Source: Candidatus Aceula meridiana
GTDB lineage: Bacteria; Omnitrophota; Gorgyraeia; Zapsychrales; Aceulaceae
Direction of reading: 5' to 3'
Length of the DNA stretch: 64,000 bases
Assembly (NCBI GenBank): GCA_030765185.1
Contig: JAVCDE010000024.1
Location: 251,538-315,537, forward strand
Shown here one piece after another: positions 9,816 to 20,357 of this stretch (position 1 is its first letter; the number at the start of each line of letters is the position of its first letter). A program made the position numbers and the translations under genes. The notes below the pieces were generated by a model that was not told the DNA's origin, searched no databases, and worked only from the letters and a program-made list of their open reading frames with translations.

Positions 9816-12331
9816 TATTTATTCCTTTCGGTTAAACAAATTTTTCTTTTTGAGGCAAAATAACACAGGCCTGAAAAAGCAACAATGACCCCAATTATAA
9901 TAAATGTTATTGGCTTCCACCCGGCTGCCGTATATCCAAACAATACATACGCAACTGCGCAGGCAACAAATAAAGCGATGAGCATGCAATTTGAGCATTT
10001 ACAGCTTAACCGCTTATCGCTTTCTTCAAAAATCCATGCCGGTCGAAATGAAACAATTGCCGGCAAGATAAATAATGTTGCGATAGATGAGACCGCCATA
10101 ATCGCAAACATAAAAAATCCAACAGTTTTATAAGGAACTAACGGAGCTGCCAAAAGTGGCAAAAATCCGATCGCCACCACAAGCGCATTGCGAATAATCG
10201 CACGTCCGGGCCCTGCGAACATTTCTTTAGCAGTTTCCTCCCAGGTCTTCTTTTCATGATAGACCTCGGTAGTCCGTTGAATAAAGTGTATTGCAAAATC
10301 AATCGAGAGCCCCAGAGTTAATGCCGAAAGAACAGCAACCGGCATATCATAATCTTTTCCAAAAAATCCTAAAAGACTATAAATAAAAATAATCGTTACC
10401 GTCAAAGGAATCATAGAAATTAGCGCTTTTATCGGTGAACGGAACAAAAAGAGCATCATAAAAAGAACAATGACAAAACTTCCTAAGAAATTCTTAAGCA
10501 TACCGACAACCATATTATTTTGCCAAATAACATTAATATAAGTCAAGCCTGCCCAATGGGACGTCAAAGGATAAGGCGGTGGGTTATCCTTAATATACTG
10601 GCGGATATCTTTGACAACAGCATCCATGTCTTTGTTATCCCCGCTCTTTAATTGAACCCAGATATTCAGCTTAGAATAATTCGGTGTTGTCATATGCCAA
10701 AGATCATCAGGCTTATGTGAATTCTCAAAAGAAATCAAGCACTGAGCTACGGCCTGCTTCGTTTTTGGAATAATATTATTTATCCTGTCTCCTCCTAAAA
10801 GCTCGTAATAAATTTTCTTGATGATATCCGCAAGCGACGTGGTCTTGCCAACATAGCCGGTTTCCATCAAATTGCTTTGAAGCTTTTCAACATAATGGAG
10901 CATCTTTGGCTGGATAAAAATTTCATCGTCTTTATTCTCAGCTTCTAAAACAAAATAGGCCTCATACGTTCCGGCAAAATGCTCATTTAGAACCTTATCC
11001 GCCACACGAATAGGATGCTTCGCCTCAAACCAGCGCACCGGATTGTCATTAACCTGAATGTGGCTAATACCATAAAACGAGATCACAACTAAAACAACCG
11101 TAACAGCCAAAACCGGCTTGAAGTGTCGAGTTGCGACAATTTTAATAATTCGTAAAACCTTATCAAGAAAAACAGTCTTCTCTTTCTTGTCTGCATGCCC
11201 AAACTTTAAGAAATGCTTAGCATTCATCAGCATCACATAGGCAGGAATCAAAGAAATTGTCAAAACCCAGGCAATCAAAACGCCTAAGCCAACAAAAATA
11301 CCAAAAACCTGAACCGGCGGTATCGGCGAGAACGACAAGGAGAAAAACCCAACCGCAGATGTGAGCGATGTAAAAAGCATCGGAGAAAAAAGCTCATCTA
11401 AAACAAACCGCATTGTTTTTTGCTTATCATTAAAAAGATGATATTTGTCAAAAAACTCACTTAGAATATGTACAGAATCTAAAACGGCTATAGGCATTAA
11501 AAAGATTGGAATCATCGAACTCATGATATGAACCGGAAAACCAAATCCGATTAAAAGCCCCATGGTCACTACTACTGTAGCCATCGCCACTAGCATAGGC
11601 GCCACAATTAATGAAACGGATTTAAAGAAAAACCACATTAAAAGAAAAATAACTAATCCTGCCAAAGGCGCGGAAATTGCCATCTGCTTAAACATTTCAA
11701 CGCCAAACTGGTCATTGGCAATCGGCAAGCCTGTATAATGAAATTCCTCTTCACCAGGGTATTTTTCGACAATCTTCTGAATTGCCTGCTTCACTTCATA
11801 GCTTATGTCCTTTTTCTCAATGGGGATATAAAGCGCTAAAGCCTTACCGTCTTCAGAAACAAGACTTCCGTGAAACATGGGATTGTCTTGCGCTTCATCG
11901 CGAACCAAAAGAGCCTCCTGTTGATTCTTGGGAGGAGCCTCCATCAACCAATTAAACCTTACCGTACCAACACCGGCTTGCTGAATATTGTCTTTTGTGG
12001 ACGGAGCAATAATCTCTGAAGCAATTACACCATCAACTTTCTTAATTTCTTCGGTAATGTTATAAATCTTTGTTAAAGTCTCAATATTAAAAACGCCGTT
12101 CGGATCTTCATTATTTATAACGCCGATAACAACAAGGTCGTATATCGCAAATTCTTTTTTCATCTCTCGGTTAAAAACACGCACCGGTGCATCAGAGGGA
12201 AGCATATTTTCTGGGTCTGTATCAACTTTGATGCGCGGATATTGAATAAGCGCAAGAATTGCAAAAGCCGCAATAATCCAAATAAGAACTTTAGGCTTAC
12301 GGATAGAAAATTCAACAAATCTTTTAATCAT
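9815..12331 (-). CDS. MMPL/RND-superfamily exporter (HpnN-like, 12 TM with two large periplasmic loops)
   Basis: 838 aa. Two repeated 6-TM bundles with SSD-like hydrophobic cores (PMLVAMATVVVTMGLL..., LSIDFAIHFI...). Confidence 0.8.
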   Translation of the reverse strand: MIKRFVEFSIRKPKVLIWIIAAFAILALIQYPRIKVDTDPENMLPSDAPVRVFNREMKKEFAIYDLVVIGVINNEDPNGVFNIETLTKIYNITEEIKKVDGVIASEIIAPSTKDNIQQAGVGTVRFNWLMEAPPKNQQEALLVRDEAQDNPMFHGSLVSEDGKALALYIPIEKKDISYEVKQAIQKIVEKYPGEEEFHYTGLPIANDQFGVEMFKQMAISAPLAGLVIFLLMWFFFKSVSLIVAPMLVAMATVVVTMGLLIGFGFPVHIMSSMIPIFLMPIAVLDSVHILSEFFDKYHLFNDKQKTMRFVLDELFSPMLFTSLTSAVGFFSLSFSPIPPVQVFGIFVGLGVLIAWVLTISLIPAYVMLMNAKHFLKFGHADKKEKTVFLDKVLRIIKIVATRHFKPVLAVTVVLVVISFYGISHIQVNDNPVRWFEAKHPIRVADKVLNEHFAGTYEAYFVLEAENKDDEIFIQPKMLHYVEKLQSNLMETGYVGKTTSLADIIKKIYYELLGGDRINNIIPKTKQAVAQCLISFENSHKPDDLWHMTTPNYSKLNIWVQLKSGDNKDMDAVVKDIRQYIKDNPPPYPLTSHWAGLTYINVIWQNNMVVGMLKNFLGSFVIVLFMMLFLFRSPIKALISMIPLTVTIIFIYSLLGFFGKDYDMPVAVLSALTLGLSIDFAIHFIQRTTEVYHEKKTWEETAKEMFAGPGRAIIRNALVVAIGFLPLLAAPLVPYKTVGFFMFAIMAVSSIATLFILPAIVSFRPAWIFEESDKRLSCKCSNCMLIALFVACAVAYVLFGYTAAGWKPITFIIIGVIVAFSGLCYFASKRKICLTERNK

Positions 12332-12343
12332 TTTTATCTCCTT

Positions 12344-14050
12344 CTAACTGACAGTCTTTGTTACTTTTGGAAAAATTTTCTCAAACGGCCACATAAGAAT
12401 TCCACCATCCATAACCTTAACATTTGAAAATCCTGCAGATTTTAAAATCAAAGCTGCTTCATAACCACGTAAAGAAATCTTACAAAAAGTAATAATTTCC
12501 TTATCCTTAGGAAGCTCATCAACTCTGCGTCGAAGCTGCCCCAAAGGAACAAGAATAGAATCTTTAATTTTTGCCTCATTGTATTCTTCAGGACTTCTGA
12601 CGTCAAGAAGAACAATATCTTCACCCTTGATAATCTTCTCGTAAACTTCATCAGGAGTCAACGATTCATACATTCCGTCAATCTTATTACGGGCAATGTT
12701 AGCTGCCGTAAGAATATTATCCATAGCCGGAGAATAAGGCGGAGCATAACATAAATCCAAGTTTGCGATTTGATCAACTGTCATCTTTGCCGTAATAGCT
12801 GTTGCCGCTACGTCGATTCTCTTATCGACAGCTCCCGGCCCAATCGCTTGAAAGCCTAAAAGACGCCGACTCTGGCGGTCAGCGATTAATTTTATAAAAA
12901 TAAGTTTTGCGCCAGGATAAAAATGTGCCTTATCCGGAGCAGGACTTAAAAGTGAAACAACGTCAAACCCTTCTTCTTTGGCCTGCGCCTCGCCCAAACC
13001 TGTACGCCCAACATTAAAGTCAAAAACCTTGCAAACTGTTGAGCCTAAGACCCCCGGAAAACTATCATGCCTCCCACAAATATTATTCGCAGCAACACGT
13101 CCTTGTTTGTTTGCGGTTGACCCTAAAGGGACAAAGCAGGGTTTTTCTGTCAATAAATCGATAGATTCGACACAATCACCAACCGCAAAAATATTTGGAT
13201 CACTAGTTTGCATTTGCTCATTGACAGTAATCCCTCCTGTTTTTCCAACTTTAAGCCCACTTTCTTTTGCTAAAACAGTATTCGGTCTAACTCCAACTGC
13301 ACTAATAACAAAATCACACGCTATTCTTCCTTTGTCCGTCATCACAGCGCTGACTTCTTCACTCCCTTCGATAGCCTGAACAGTTGTCTGGGTCTTAATC
13401 TTAACACCTTTGGCCTCCATATGCCTGACGACATGAACTGCCAGCTCTTTATCCAACATAGGAAGAATTTGAGGAAGTCTCTCAATAATTGTAACGCGGG
13501 CACCTCTCTCAGCTAAAGCTTCTGTCACTTCAACACCAATTAAACCTCCTCCAATAATCACAACGTCTTTAGCCCCACCGTCGTCTAACATAGCTTTAAT
13601 ACCCTCAGCATCTTCGATGGTTTGCAGCGTAAAAACATTCTTAAGCTTTATACCTTCGACCGGTGGAATAACAGGACGAGCTCCTGTGGCAAGGACAAGC
13701 GTGTCATAGGAAATTTCTTTTTCCTCTAAGGTCTCATAATCCTTAACGAAAATTTTCTTTAATTTAGCATTAACTGATATAACTTCCATTTTATTAAAAA
13801 CTTTAACGTTCTTAACTTCATGAAAAAAGATGGGATCACGTACTGCCCCGATAGCCGTGCACATTAATTCTTTCTGATCTTCAACTACCCCTGAAATATA
13901 ATAAGGAAGGCCGCACCCGGCATAAGAAAGAAATGTCCCCTTTTCAATAAGTATAATTTCTGCATCCGGACAAAGTCTGCTAATCTTTGATCCAACTTTT
14001 GGCCCAGCAGCAACGCCCCCGATAATTACAATTTTTTTCTTTTGGCTCAT
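12344..14050 (-). CDS. CoA-disulfide reductase / NAD(P)H persulfide reductase with C-terminal rhodanese domain (CoADR-RHD)
   Basis: N-terminal IVIIGGVAAGPKVGSK FAD fold; second Rossmann VVIIGGGLIGVEVTEAL; C-terminal rhodanese DVRSPEEY...ITFCKISLRG with active-site Cys. Confidence 0.85.
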   Translation of the reverse strand: MSQKKKIVIIGGVAAGPKVGSKISRLCPDAEIILIEKGTFLSYAGCGLPYYISGVVEDQKELMCTAIGAVRDPIFFHEVKNVKVFNKMEVISVNAKLKKIFVKDYETLEEKEISYDTLVLATGARPVIPPVEGIKLKNVFTLQTIEDAEGIKAMLDDGGAKDVVIIGGGLIGVEVTEALAERGARVTIIERLPQILPMLDKELAVHVVRHMEAKGVKIKTQTTVQAIEGSEEVSAVMTDKGRIACDFVISAVGVRPNTVLAKESGLKVGKTGGITVNEQMQTSDPNIFAVGDCVESIDLLTEKPCFVPLGSTANKQGRVAANNICGRHDSFPGVLGSTVCKVFDFNVGRTGLGEAQAKEEGFDVVSLLSPAPDKAHFYPGAKLIFIKLIADRQSRRLLGFQAIGPGAVDKRIDVAATAITAKMTVDQIANLDLCYAPPYSPAMDNILTAANIARNKIDGMYESLTPDEVYEKIIKGEDIVLLDVRSPEEYNEAKIKDSILVPLGQLRRRVDELPKDKEIITFCKISLRGYEAALILKSAGFSNVKVMDGGILMWPFEKIFPKVTKTVS

Positions 14051-14073
14051 CTTTTTAGTATCCTCTCTAAAAA

Positions 14074-14559
14074 TTAGTTAACAATAACATTTTTAAGCAT
14101 TTCATGTTCTTCAGGGCCAACCCTGCCTCCCATAATTTCAGCAATTTTACCTCCGAGCATTCTTCCCATGAGGCCTGTATTCATTTTTGAAACCATTACG
14201 CGTCCGTCATCTGTCTCCCAGACAGAAAAACTACAAGGCATTAAGCAAGAAACAAAACGAGAAGATTCACTCATCAAAATTTCTTTTGCGTAAATTGCCC
14301 TGCAGAGCTTAATTCCTGCAACCTTGACTCCAAAGTCTTCACCTGTTTTACTTTTTATTTCTTCACTCATCATGTCCGTTCCCTTATGATTCCATCCAGC
14401 CTTTTTGATACTCTCTTCAATGTGACGAATGGTCTCATAAAAATCATACTTACTTTCTTTGGAAACAATCATCATTTTTGGTATTAAAATAAAAATAGAA
14501 AGTCCTGCAAAAACGACCCCAGAAATAAACAAAAGAATAAAACTTATTATTGTATTCAT
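14074..14559 (-). CDS. DUF302 domain protein with N-terminal TM anchor
   Basis: DUF302 fold with MPCSFSVWE-type motif; commonly found in sulfur/persulfide gene clusters. Confidence 0.6.
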   Translation of the reverse strand: MNTIISFILLFISGVVFAGLSIFILIPKMMIVSKESKYDFYETIRHIEESIKKAGWNHKGTDMMSEEIKSKTGEDFGVKVAGIKLCRAIYAKEILMSESSRFVSCLMPCSFSVWETDDGRVMVSKMNTGLMGRMLGGKIAEIMGGRVGPEEHEMLKNVIVN

Positions 14560-14579
14560 TGCTTTTTTCCTTTCAAAAT

Positions 14580-14900
14580 TTATAAAATTTTATTTATTTT
14601 TTCCTCTAAAGATTCTTTAGGAAGAACCCCTACAACATTATCAACGACCTTACCACCTTTAAAAAAGAAAAGGGACGGAATAGAAGAAATTTGATATTGA
14701 GTGGCCAACCCAGAGCTTTCGTCAACATTAATTTTCCCAATTTTACATTTTCCTTCATACTGGTCAGATAATTCTGCCAGAATCGGAGCAACCATACGGC
14801 ATGGTCCGCACCAATCTGCAAAAAAATCAACGATGACGGGTTGTTCAGATTCTAAAACTTCTTTTGTAAAATTCTCATTACTTAAGTGTAAAATAGGCAT
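14580..14900 (-). CDS. trxA: Thioredoxin
   Basis: WCGPC active site; 106 aa. Confidence 0.95.
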   Translation of the reverse strand: MPILHLSNENFTKEVLESEQPVIVDFFADWCGPCRMVAPILAELSDQYEGKCKIGKINVDESSGLATQYQISSIPSLFFFKGGKVVDNVVGVLPKESLEEKINKIL

Positions 14901-14910
14901 CTTGCCCTCC

Positions 14911-15174
14911 TTATGTTTGTTTAAAAATATTTATAATCTTTTCTACATCCTGGTCAACAACTCTGTAGCAGGTTTCAACTCCCTGCTTTTGCGGAACAAG
15001 AACTCCGGCATTCTTTAAAATTCCTAAATGCTGCGAAACAGTTGATTGCGGCAACTTTAAATTTTTAACAATTTTTGAGACGTTGCACTCATGACGCAAA
15101 AGACCTTCAACCATCCTTAGTCGAACCGGATGCCCCAAAGCCTTTAGCATTTCGCTTTTCTTTTTATAGTTCAT
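14911..15174 (-). CDS. ArsR/SmtB-family transcriptional repressor (two Cys; possible SqrR/BigR-like persulfide sensor)
   Basis: Winged HTH LGHPVRLRMVEGLL...VSKIVKNLKLPQSTVSQHLGILKNAGVL; Cys in HECNV and ETCYRV. Confidence 0.8.
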   Translation of the reverse strand: MNYKKKSEMLKALGHPVRLRMVEGLLRHECNVSKIVKNLKLPQSTVSQHLGILKNAGVLVPQKQGVETCYRVVDQDVEKIINIFKQT

Positions 15175-15208
15175 CTTCAGCTCCTAAAATTAAGAATAAA
15201 AAACTATT

Positions 15209-15249
15209 TAATCAATCGTGATATTACGATAATACGATTAATTTGTCAA
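15209..15249 (-). promoter_or_regulatory. Sigma70-like promoter (TTGACA-17-TAATAT on minus strand) with overlapping inverted-repeat operator AATCGT-N14-ACGATT
   Basis: Reverse complement of 15213-15249 reads TTGACAaattaatcgtattatcgTAATAT. The inverted repeat at 15213-15238 overlaps the spacer and -10, 40-70 bp upstream of the arsR start. Confidence 0.5.
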
Positions 15250-15260
15250 GAATATTTTTT

Positions 15261-15304
15261 AGAAAAGAAAAAAGGCCAGTCCCCGCTAACAGTGGGAACT
15301 GGCC
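15261..15304 (-). terminator. Rho-independent terminator after cspA
   Basis: AAGGCCAGTCCCC/.../GGGAACTGGCCTT stem (one mismatch) at 15271-15304, followed on the minus RNA by UUUUCUUUUC. Confidence 0.7.
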
Positions 15305-15333
15305 TTTCTCTTATCTATATGTCTGTTTAATCC

Positions 15334-15546
15334 CTAAAGCTTTGTTACATTCTTAGCTTTAAGGCCTTTGTCGTCTTTTTCAACTTCAAATTCTACGTCT
15401 TGCCCTTCCTCTAGTGACTTATAACCGTCCTCTTGGTTAATTTCACTAAAATGCACAAAAACATCTTCACCGCCTTCAGAAGATATGAATCCATATCCCT
15501 TTTTGGCATTAAACCATTTTACTTTTCCTTTTGTCATTACTTCCAT
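15334..15546 (-). CDS. cspA: Cold-shock protein (CspA family)
   Basis: [19 protein letters not shown] motifs; 70 aa. Confidence 0.95.
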   Translation of the reverse strand: MEVMTKGKVKWFNAKKGYGFISSEGGEDVFVHFSEINQEDGYKSLEEGQDVEFEVEKDDKGLKAKNVTKL

Positions 15547-15709
15547 CCTTGTAAAGCGATTCTGAAAATAAACTTTTTTAAAGCCTTATCCTCCAAAAAC
15601 TTAACCTTTTTTTCACTTTACCCTAGAGAAATCTTTTTGTCAATAATCATTCATTGAAAAGTATTTCTTTTTGAAAATCTTTTCAGAGGAATTAAGAATA
15701 TATTTTTAG

Positions 15710-16798
15710 TTAACAAATGCGTGGCAGCTGACCGCCGGAAAGCATGTCAATTATGCGGAGGGTTCCAATTTGATTTTGCATTATAACATCAGCATTCTTA
15801 TCTTTTTTTACATATCCGATTATCCCAGCCCCTTTTCCTTGGGGATGGCTCATCATAACCTTTAAAACCTTATCTGCGTCTTGAGGTGGTACAAAACAAA
15901 TAAAGCGGCCTTCATTAGCTACATAAAGCGGATCTAATCCTAAAATTTCACAAGCAGCATTTACATCTTCACGAACAGAAATCTTTTTCTCTTCAATTTC
16001 AATACTCAACCCAGAAGTCTTTGCGATCTCAACTAGTGATGTAGCCAATCCTCCACGCGTTAAATCGCGTAAACACTTTATCGAAGCCTTTGTATCAAAG
16101 ATTTTCATGACCAAATCTGATAAAGAGGCTGCGTCACTTTTAATTTCGCTCTCAAATGACAAGCCCTCCCTGACCGCCATAATCGCAATTCCATGCCGTC
16201 CAATATCTCCGCTTAAAACAATAACATCACCCTCTTCAATCGACTGAGGTAAAATTTCTCTGTCATGCTCTATAATCCCAATGCCGGTTGTATTAATAAA
16301 AATTCCGTCTGCTTTTCCTTTATCAACAACCTTAGTATCACCAGCTACAATCTGAACACCTGCATCTTGCGCTGCCTGCTGCATCGAATTTACAACGCGC
16401 CAAAGTGTTTCCATGGGCAATCCTTCTTCTAAAATAAACCCTGCTGTAAGATACTTGGGTCGAGCTCCGCACATAGCCAAATCATTAACCGTACCATGAA
16501 CAGCCAAAGAACCAATATCGCCTCCCGGAAAGAACAACGGATAAACCACAAAAGAATCTGTTGTCGTTGCTATTTTACCACCAGAAATATCTAAAACAGC
16601 CCCATCATGCGCTTGGTCAAGTATTGGATTCTTAAAAACAGCGTGAAATATCTTTTCAATAAGCTGATGCATCAAAACTCCTCCGCTTCCGTGAGCTAAC
16701 AATACTTGCGGATAATCTTTAATCGGAATCGGGCAGCTTAATTGGAAATCTTTATCTTTTTTCATTTTTGTTTCCGGTAACGATAATATGCAGAACAC
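15710..16798 (-). CDS. hypE: Hydrogenase maturation protein HypE (true start probably the second Met, about 16765)
   Basis: AIR-synthase-like fold; LLAHGSGG; C-terminal PRIC with the thiocyanate-carrying Cys. Confidence 0.9.
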   Translation of the reverse strand: MFCILSLPETKMKKDKDFQLSCPIPIKDYPQVLLAHGSGGVLMHQLIEKIFHAVFKNPILDQAHDGAVLDISGGKIATTTDSFVVYPLFFPGGDIGSLAVHGTVNDLAMCGARPKYLTAGFILEEGLPMETLWRVVNSMQQAAQDAGVQIVAGDTKVVDKGKADGIFINTTGIGIIEHDREILPQSIEEGDVIVLSGDIGRHGIAIMAVREGLSFESEIKSDAASLSDLVMKIFDTKASIKCLRDLTRGGLATSLVEIAKTSGLSIEIEEKKISVREDVNAACEILGLDPLYVANEGRFICFVPPQDADKVLKVMMSHPQGKGAGIIGYVKKDKNADVIMQNQIGTLRIIDMLSGGQLPRIC

Positions 16799-17850
16799 GC
16801 TCCTTCTGTAGAAACCATCGGGGCGCCTAAAGGATGCTCAGGTCGACAGATTTTTCCAAAAGCCTCGCACTCATAAGGTTTTTTGACGCCTTGCAAAACA
16901 AGCGCGCTAATGCATTCTTTTGGTTCATGTGTCTCTATTCCTTCAAGAGGAAAAATTTTCTCAGCATCAAAAGCGGAAAATTCTTCTTTTAAAACAAGAC
17001 CACTTTTAGGAATCTCTCCTATGCCGCGCCATTTACGCACAGCAACATCAAATACTTTAGAAATAATTTCTTGAGCAGACTTATTGCCGCCCTCGTGAAC
17101 TGAACGCGCATATTGATTCTCAACTTCACAGCTACCCTGTTCAAGCTGCTTAACGCACATATAAACACCCTGTAAAATATCAATAGGCTCAAAACCTGTA
17201 ACAACAATTGGAACTTTATATTTCTTTGCTAAAGGAAAATATTCATCATAACCCATAATTGTACAGACATGACCAGCGGCCAAAAAACCCTGTATGCGAT
17301 TTAAGGAAGATGATAAAACAGCTTCCATCGCAGGTGGCACAAGAACATGGGAAACCAAAAGAGAAAAATTTGTAATTCCCTCTTTTCTAGCTTGATACGC
17401 TGCCCAGGCATTGCCGGGGGCTGTGGTTTCAAACCCTATCGCAAAGAAGACAACTTTCTTGCTAGGATTTTCTTTTGCAATCTTCAAGGCATCTGCCGGT
17501 GAATAAACAATGCGCACATCGCCTCCTTGGGCCTTTACAGTCAGCAAATCTTTTTCACTTCCCGGAACACGCAACATATCTCCAAAGGAGCAAAAAATAA
17601 CATCATCTCTCAGAGCAAGAACAATGGCCTTATCAATCGATTCGAGTGGTGTTACACAAACAGGACAGCCCGGCCCGTGGACAAGTTCTATTCCTTTAGG
17701 CAAAAGCGTATCAAGACCAAAACGGATAATACTATGTGTCTGGCCTCCACAAATTTCCATAATGGTCCAAGGCTTTGTAGTAATCTTGGCAATGCCTTTA
17801 GCTAGATTCTTTGCATCTTGCGCATAACGATATTCATCCACAAACTTCAT
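16762..17850 (-). CDS. hypD: Hydrogenase maturation protein HypD
   Basis: [13 protein letters not shown] and GFETTAP motifs. Confidence 0.92.
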   Translation of the reverse strand: MKFVDEYRYAQDAKNLAKGIAKITTKPWTIMEICGGQTHSIIRFGLDTLLPKGIELVHGPGCPVCVTPLESIDKAIVLALRDDVIFCSFGDMLRVPGSEKDLLTVKAQGGDVRIVYSPADALKIAKENPSKKVVFFAIGFETTAPGNAWAAYQARKEGITNFSLLVSHVLVPPAMEAVLSSSLNRIQGFLAAGHVCTIMGYDEYFPLAKKYKVPIVVTGFEPIDILQGVYMCVKQLEQGSCEVENQYARSVHEGGNKSAQEIISKVFDVAVRKWRGIGEIPKSGLVLKEEFSAFDAEKIFPLEGIETHEPKECISALVLQGVKKPYECEAFGKICRPEHPLGAPMVSTEGACSAYYRYRKQK

Positions 17851-18092
17851 TGAGCGTCTCCGTAAAGTTCATCAATTTCTCTAAGATACTCAAAAGTTTT
17901 CTTCGCTTCTTCTTCATCTAGCTGGCTAATAGCAAAACCGGTATGAACAATGACATAATCCCCTTGCTTTGCTTCCGGGACATAGGCCAAATTGATTTCT
18001 TTGATAACGCCTGAGAAATCTACTTTACCCATCCTCAAAAGAGGATCATTGCCTTCAACGCTTATAATTTTTCCTGGAACAGCTAAGCACAT
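17847..18092 (-). CDS. hypC: Hydrogenase maturation protein HypC
   Basis: N-terminal MCLAVPGKI (essential Cys2); 81 aa. Confidence 0.9.
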   Translation of the reverse strand: MCLAVPGKIISVEGNDPLLRMGKVDFSGVIKEINLAYVPEAKQGDYVIVHTGFAISQLDEEEAKKTFEYLREIDELYGDAQ

Positions 18093-18093
18093 A

Positions 18094-20352
18094 TTATGAT
18101 TTTAACTCCTTATGCGCAGCAACAACCTGCCCTAAAGAAATTCCACCATCATTGGGTGGGATTCTCTGGTGCCAATAAACAGAAAGCTTCTGTGCGCGTA
18201 ATCTTTGTATGGCATGCTCTAACAAATATTTATTCTGAAAACAACCGCCGGTTAAAACAATCTTTTCCATGCCGCTTCTTTTGACAATGGCTGCAATAAT
18301 ATCTACTAATGTATTATGAAATTTAGCACAAATAAAGGATGCATGAAAGTCCTTTTCTATGTCGACTAAAATTTCTTTGATGGATGGCCCATCGATTAAA
18401 AGACTCTCCCCTTTTTCAATTGAAAACGAATAAACCTTATCTGTTGTCTCAAGCCCAGCAGCAAACTCAAGCATCATAGCTGCCTGACCTTCAAATTGCA
18501 TAATCTGACAAAGCCCTGTTAAAGATGCAACTGCATCAAAAATCCGTCCTACGCTTGATGTTAACGGGCTATTAATTTTCTTTCGCAACATCGTTCTTAG
18601 ATCTTGAAATTCTTTAACATCAAAGCCCTTATAGGCTTTAATATTCTTAAGTTTAAAAGCCTTTTCCTTAAAGATACTGTAGAGAAGCCCCATGGCCGAA
18701 CGTCTTGGCTCTTTAATCGCTTTTTCACCGCCTGGCAAAGGAAATGGACGAAAATGCGCAAATCGCGTAAAACCTTTGTTGTCGACTTTAAAAAACTCTC
18801 CACCCCAGATGGTTGTATCTAACCCGTAACCTGTTCCGTCCCACGCGACTCCTAAGACCTCGCCTTCAATCTCATTTTCTGCCATACAAGATAGCACATG
18901 AGCATAATGATGTTGAACCTGGATAACAGGAAGGCCCATTTTTCTAGCAAACTGAGTCGAAAGATAATCGGGATGAACATCACAGGCAACAACTTTTGGT
19001 CTAATATCGTAAAGCGTACCCAAATCCTTAATTGTTTCTTCAAATGTATAAAAGCTTTTTGCGGTTTCCAAGTCTCCAATATGTTGGCTAACAAAAATAT
19101 TATTGTCGCGGCTTAAAGAAACAGTATTTTTTAAGTGCGGCCCAACCGATAAAACCATATCGCCTGCGCCCTGACAAGGAATCGGCAAAGGCGCAAAGCC
19201 GCGTGCGCGTCTCAAAACCATTTCACGTCCCTCTATAATTCTCACAATAGAATCATCCACATGACGCGCAATAGGCCTACTGTGCATAAGAAAAACATCA
19301 GCAATGCCGCAAAGAGTCTCTGCTACTTCTTGCTCATCGATACAAATCGTTTCCTCTGTAATATTGCCACTAGTTGCAACAACAGGAAACTTTAAATTCT
19401 CCATCAACAAAATATGTAAAGGCGTGTAGGGCATCATCACGCCTAAGTAAGGGTTGCAGGGTGCAACATCTTCGCACACGCTTGTTTTTTCTTTTTTTGT
19501 CAAAAGAACAATCGGCGTTTCCGGCGATGTCAAAAGCCTTTCTTCTAAAACAGAAACATTGCAGTCTTTTTTAATTTCTTCAAGACTCGGATACATCACA
19601 GCAAATGGTTTAGCTTCGCGGTGTTTGCGTTCTCGCAAGCGTTTAACAACGTCAAAACTTCTTGCGTCAGCCATTAAGTGAAATCCACCTATTCCTTTAA
19701 CCGCAGCAATTTTTCCGTCTTTGATCATTTGCGCGCAACCTAAAAGGGCTGCATCGCAATCTGCTAAAACTTTTTTATTTCTATCCCAAAGTTCAAGGTG
19801 TGGTCCACACTCTGCGCATGCATTTGGCTGTGCATGAAATCGTCTATTTTGAGGATCGTCATATTCACCTTGGCAATCAGAGCACATTTTAAAATTCTTC
19901 ATTGTTGTGTTGGCCCTGTCGTAAGGAAGGCTTTTAATAATGCTATATCGTGGGCCGCAATTGGTACAGTTCGCAAAAGGATATCGGTATCGTCGGTTTT
20001 TAGAATCTAATATTTCCGCTCGGCAATCAGGGCACGTGGCAATATCAGGTAAAATCAGCGCAGTCTTTTCTCCACCTTTGCTTTCTCGGATTTCAAAGCC
20101 TTGATACCCTTTTACATCTAAAAATGAAGATTCCATGCTTTGAATAGAGCTAAGCGCCGGCTTTTCTTTTTTGATGCGCAGCAAAAATTCTTCTAAAGTT
20201 TTTTGCTCTCCCTCGGCCTCAATCGTAACACCTTGGCCTGAATTTAAGACCCATCCTTGGAGCTCTAGATTTTCAGCCAATTTATAAATAAATGGACGAA
20301 AACCCACGCCTTGAACAGCGCCTCGGATAAATATACGCAATCTACTTTTCAT
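18094..20352 (-). CDS. hypF: Carbamoyltransferase HypF
   Basis: Acylphosphatase N-terminus, two CxxC-x18-CxxC zinc fingers (CPDC...CTNCGPRYS), YrdC and Kae1-like domains; 752 aa. Confidence 0.92.
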   Translation of the reverse strand: MKSRLRIFIRGAVQGVGFRPFIYKLAENLELQGWVLNSGQGVTIEAEGEQKTLEEFLLRIKKEKPALSSIQSMESSFLDVKGYQGFEIRESKGGEKTALILPDIATCPDCRAEILDSKNRRYRYPFANCTNCGPRYSIIKSLPYDRANTTMKNFKMCSDCQGEYDDPQNRRFHAQPNACAECGPHLELWDRNKKVLADCDAALLGCAQMIKDGKIAAVKGIGGFHLMADARSFDVVKRLRERKHREAKPFAVMYPSLEEIKKDCNVSVLEERLLTSPETPIVLLTKKEKTSVCEDVAPCNPYLGVMMPYTPLHILLMENLKFPVVATSGNITEETICIDEQEVAETLCGIADVFLMHSRPIARHVDDSIVRIIEGREMVLRRARGFAPLPIPCQGAGDMVLSVGPHLKNTVSLSRDNNIFVSQHIGDLETAKSFYTFEETIKDLGTLYDIRPKVVACDVHPDYLSTQFARKMGLPVIQVQHHYAHVLSCMAENEIEGEVLGVAWDGTGYGLDTTIWGGEFFKVDNKGFTRFAHFRPFPLPGGEKAIKEPRRSAMGLLYSIFKEKAFKLKNIKAYKGFDVKEFQDLRTMLRKKINSPLTSSVGRIFDAVASLTGLCQIMQFEGQAAMMLEFAAGLETTDKVYSFSIEKGESLLIDGPSIKEILVDIEKDFHASFICAKFHNTLVDIIAAIVKRSGMEKIVLTGGCFQNKYLLEHAIQRLRAQKLSVYWHQRIPPNDGGISLGQVVAAHKELKS

Positions 20353-20357
20353 ATTTC

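Noticed and set aside
12448-13379. Internal ORFs 12448-12651(-) and 12978-13379(+) inside the CoADR-rhodanese gene
   Set aside because: They are alternative-frame or antisense ORFs nested within a gene with clear domain homology.
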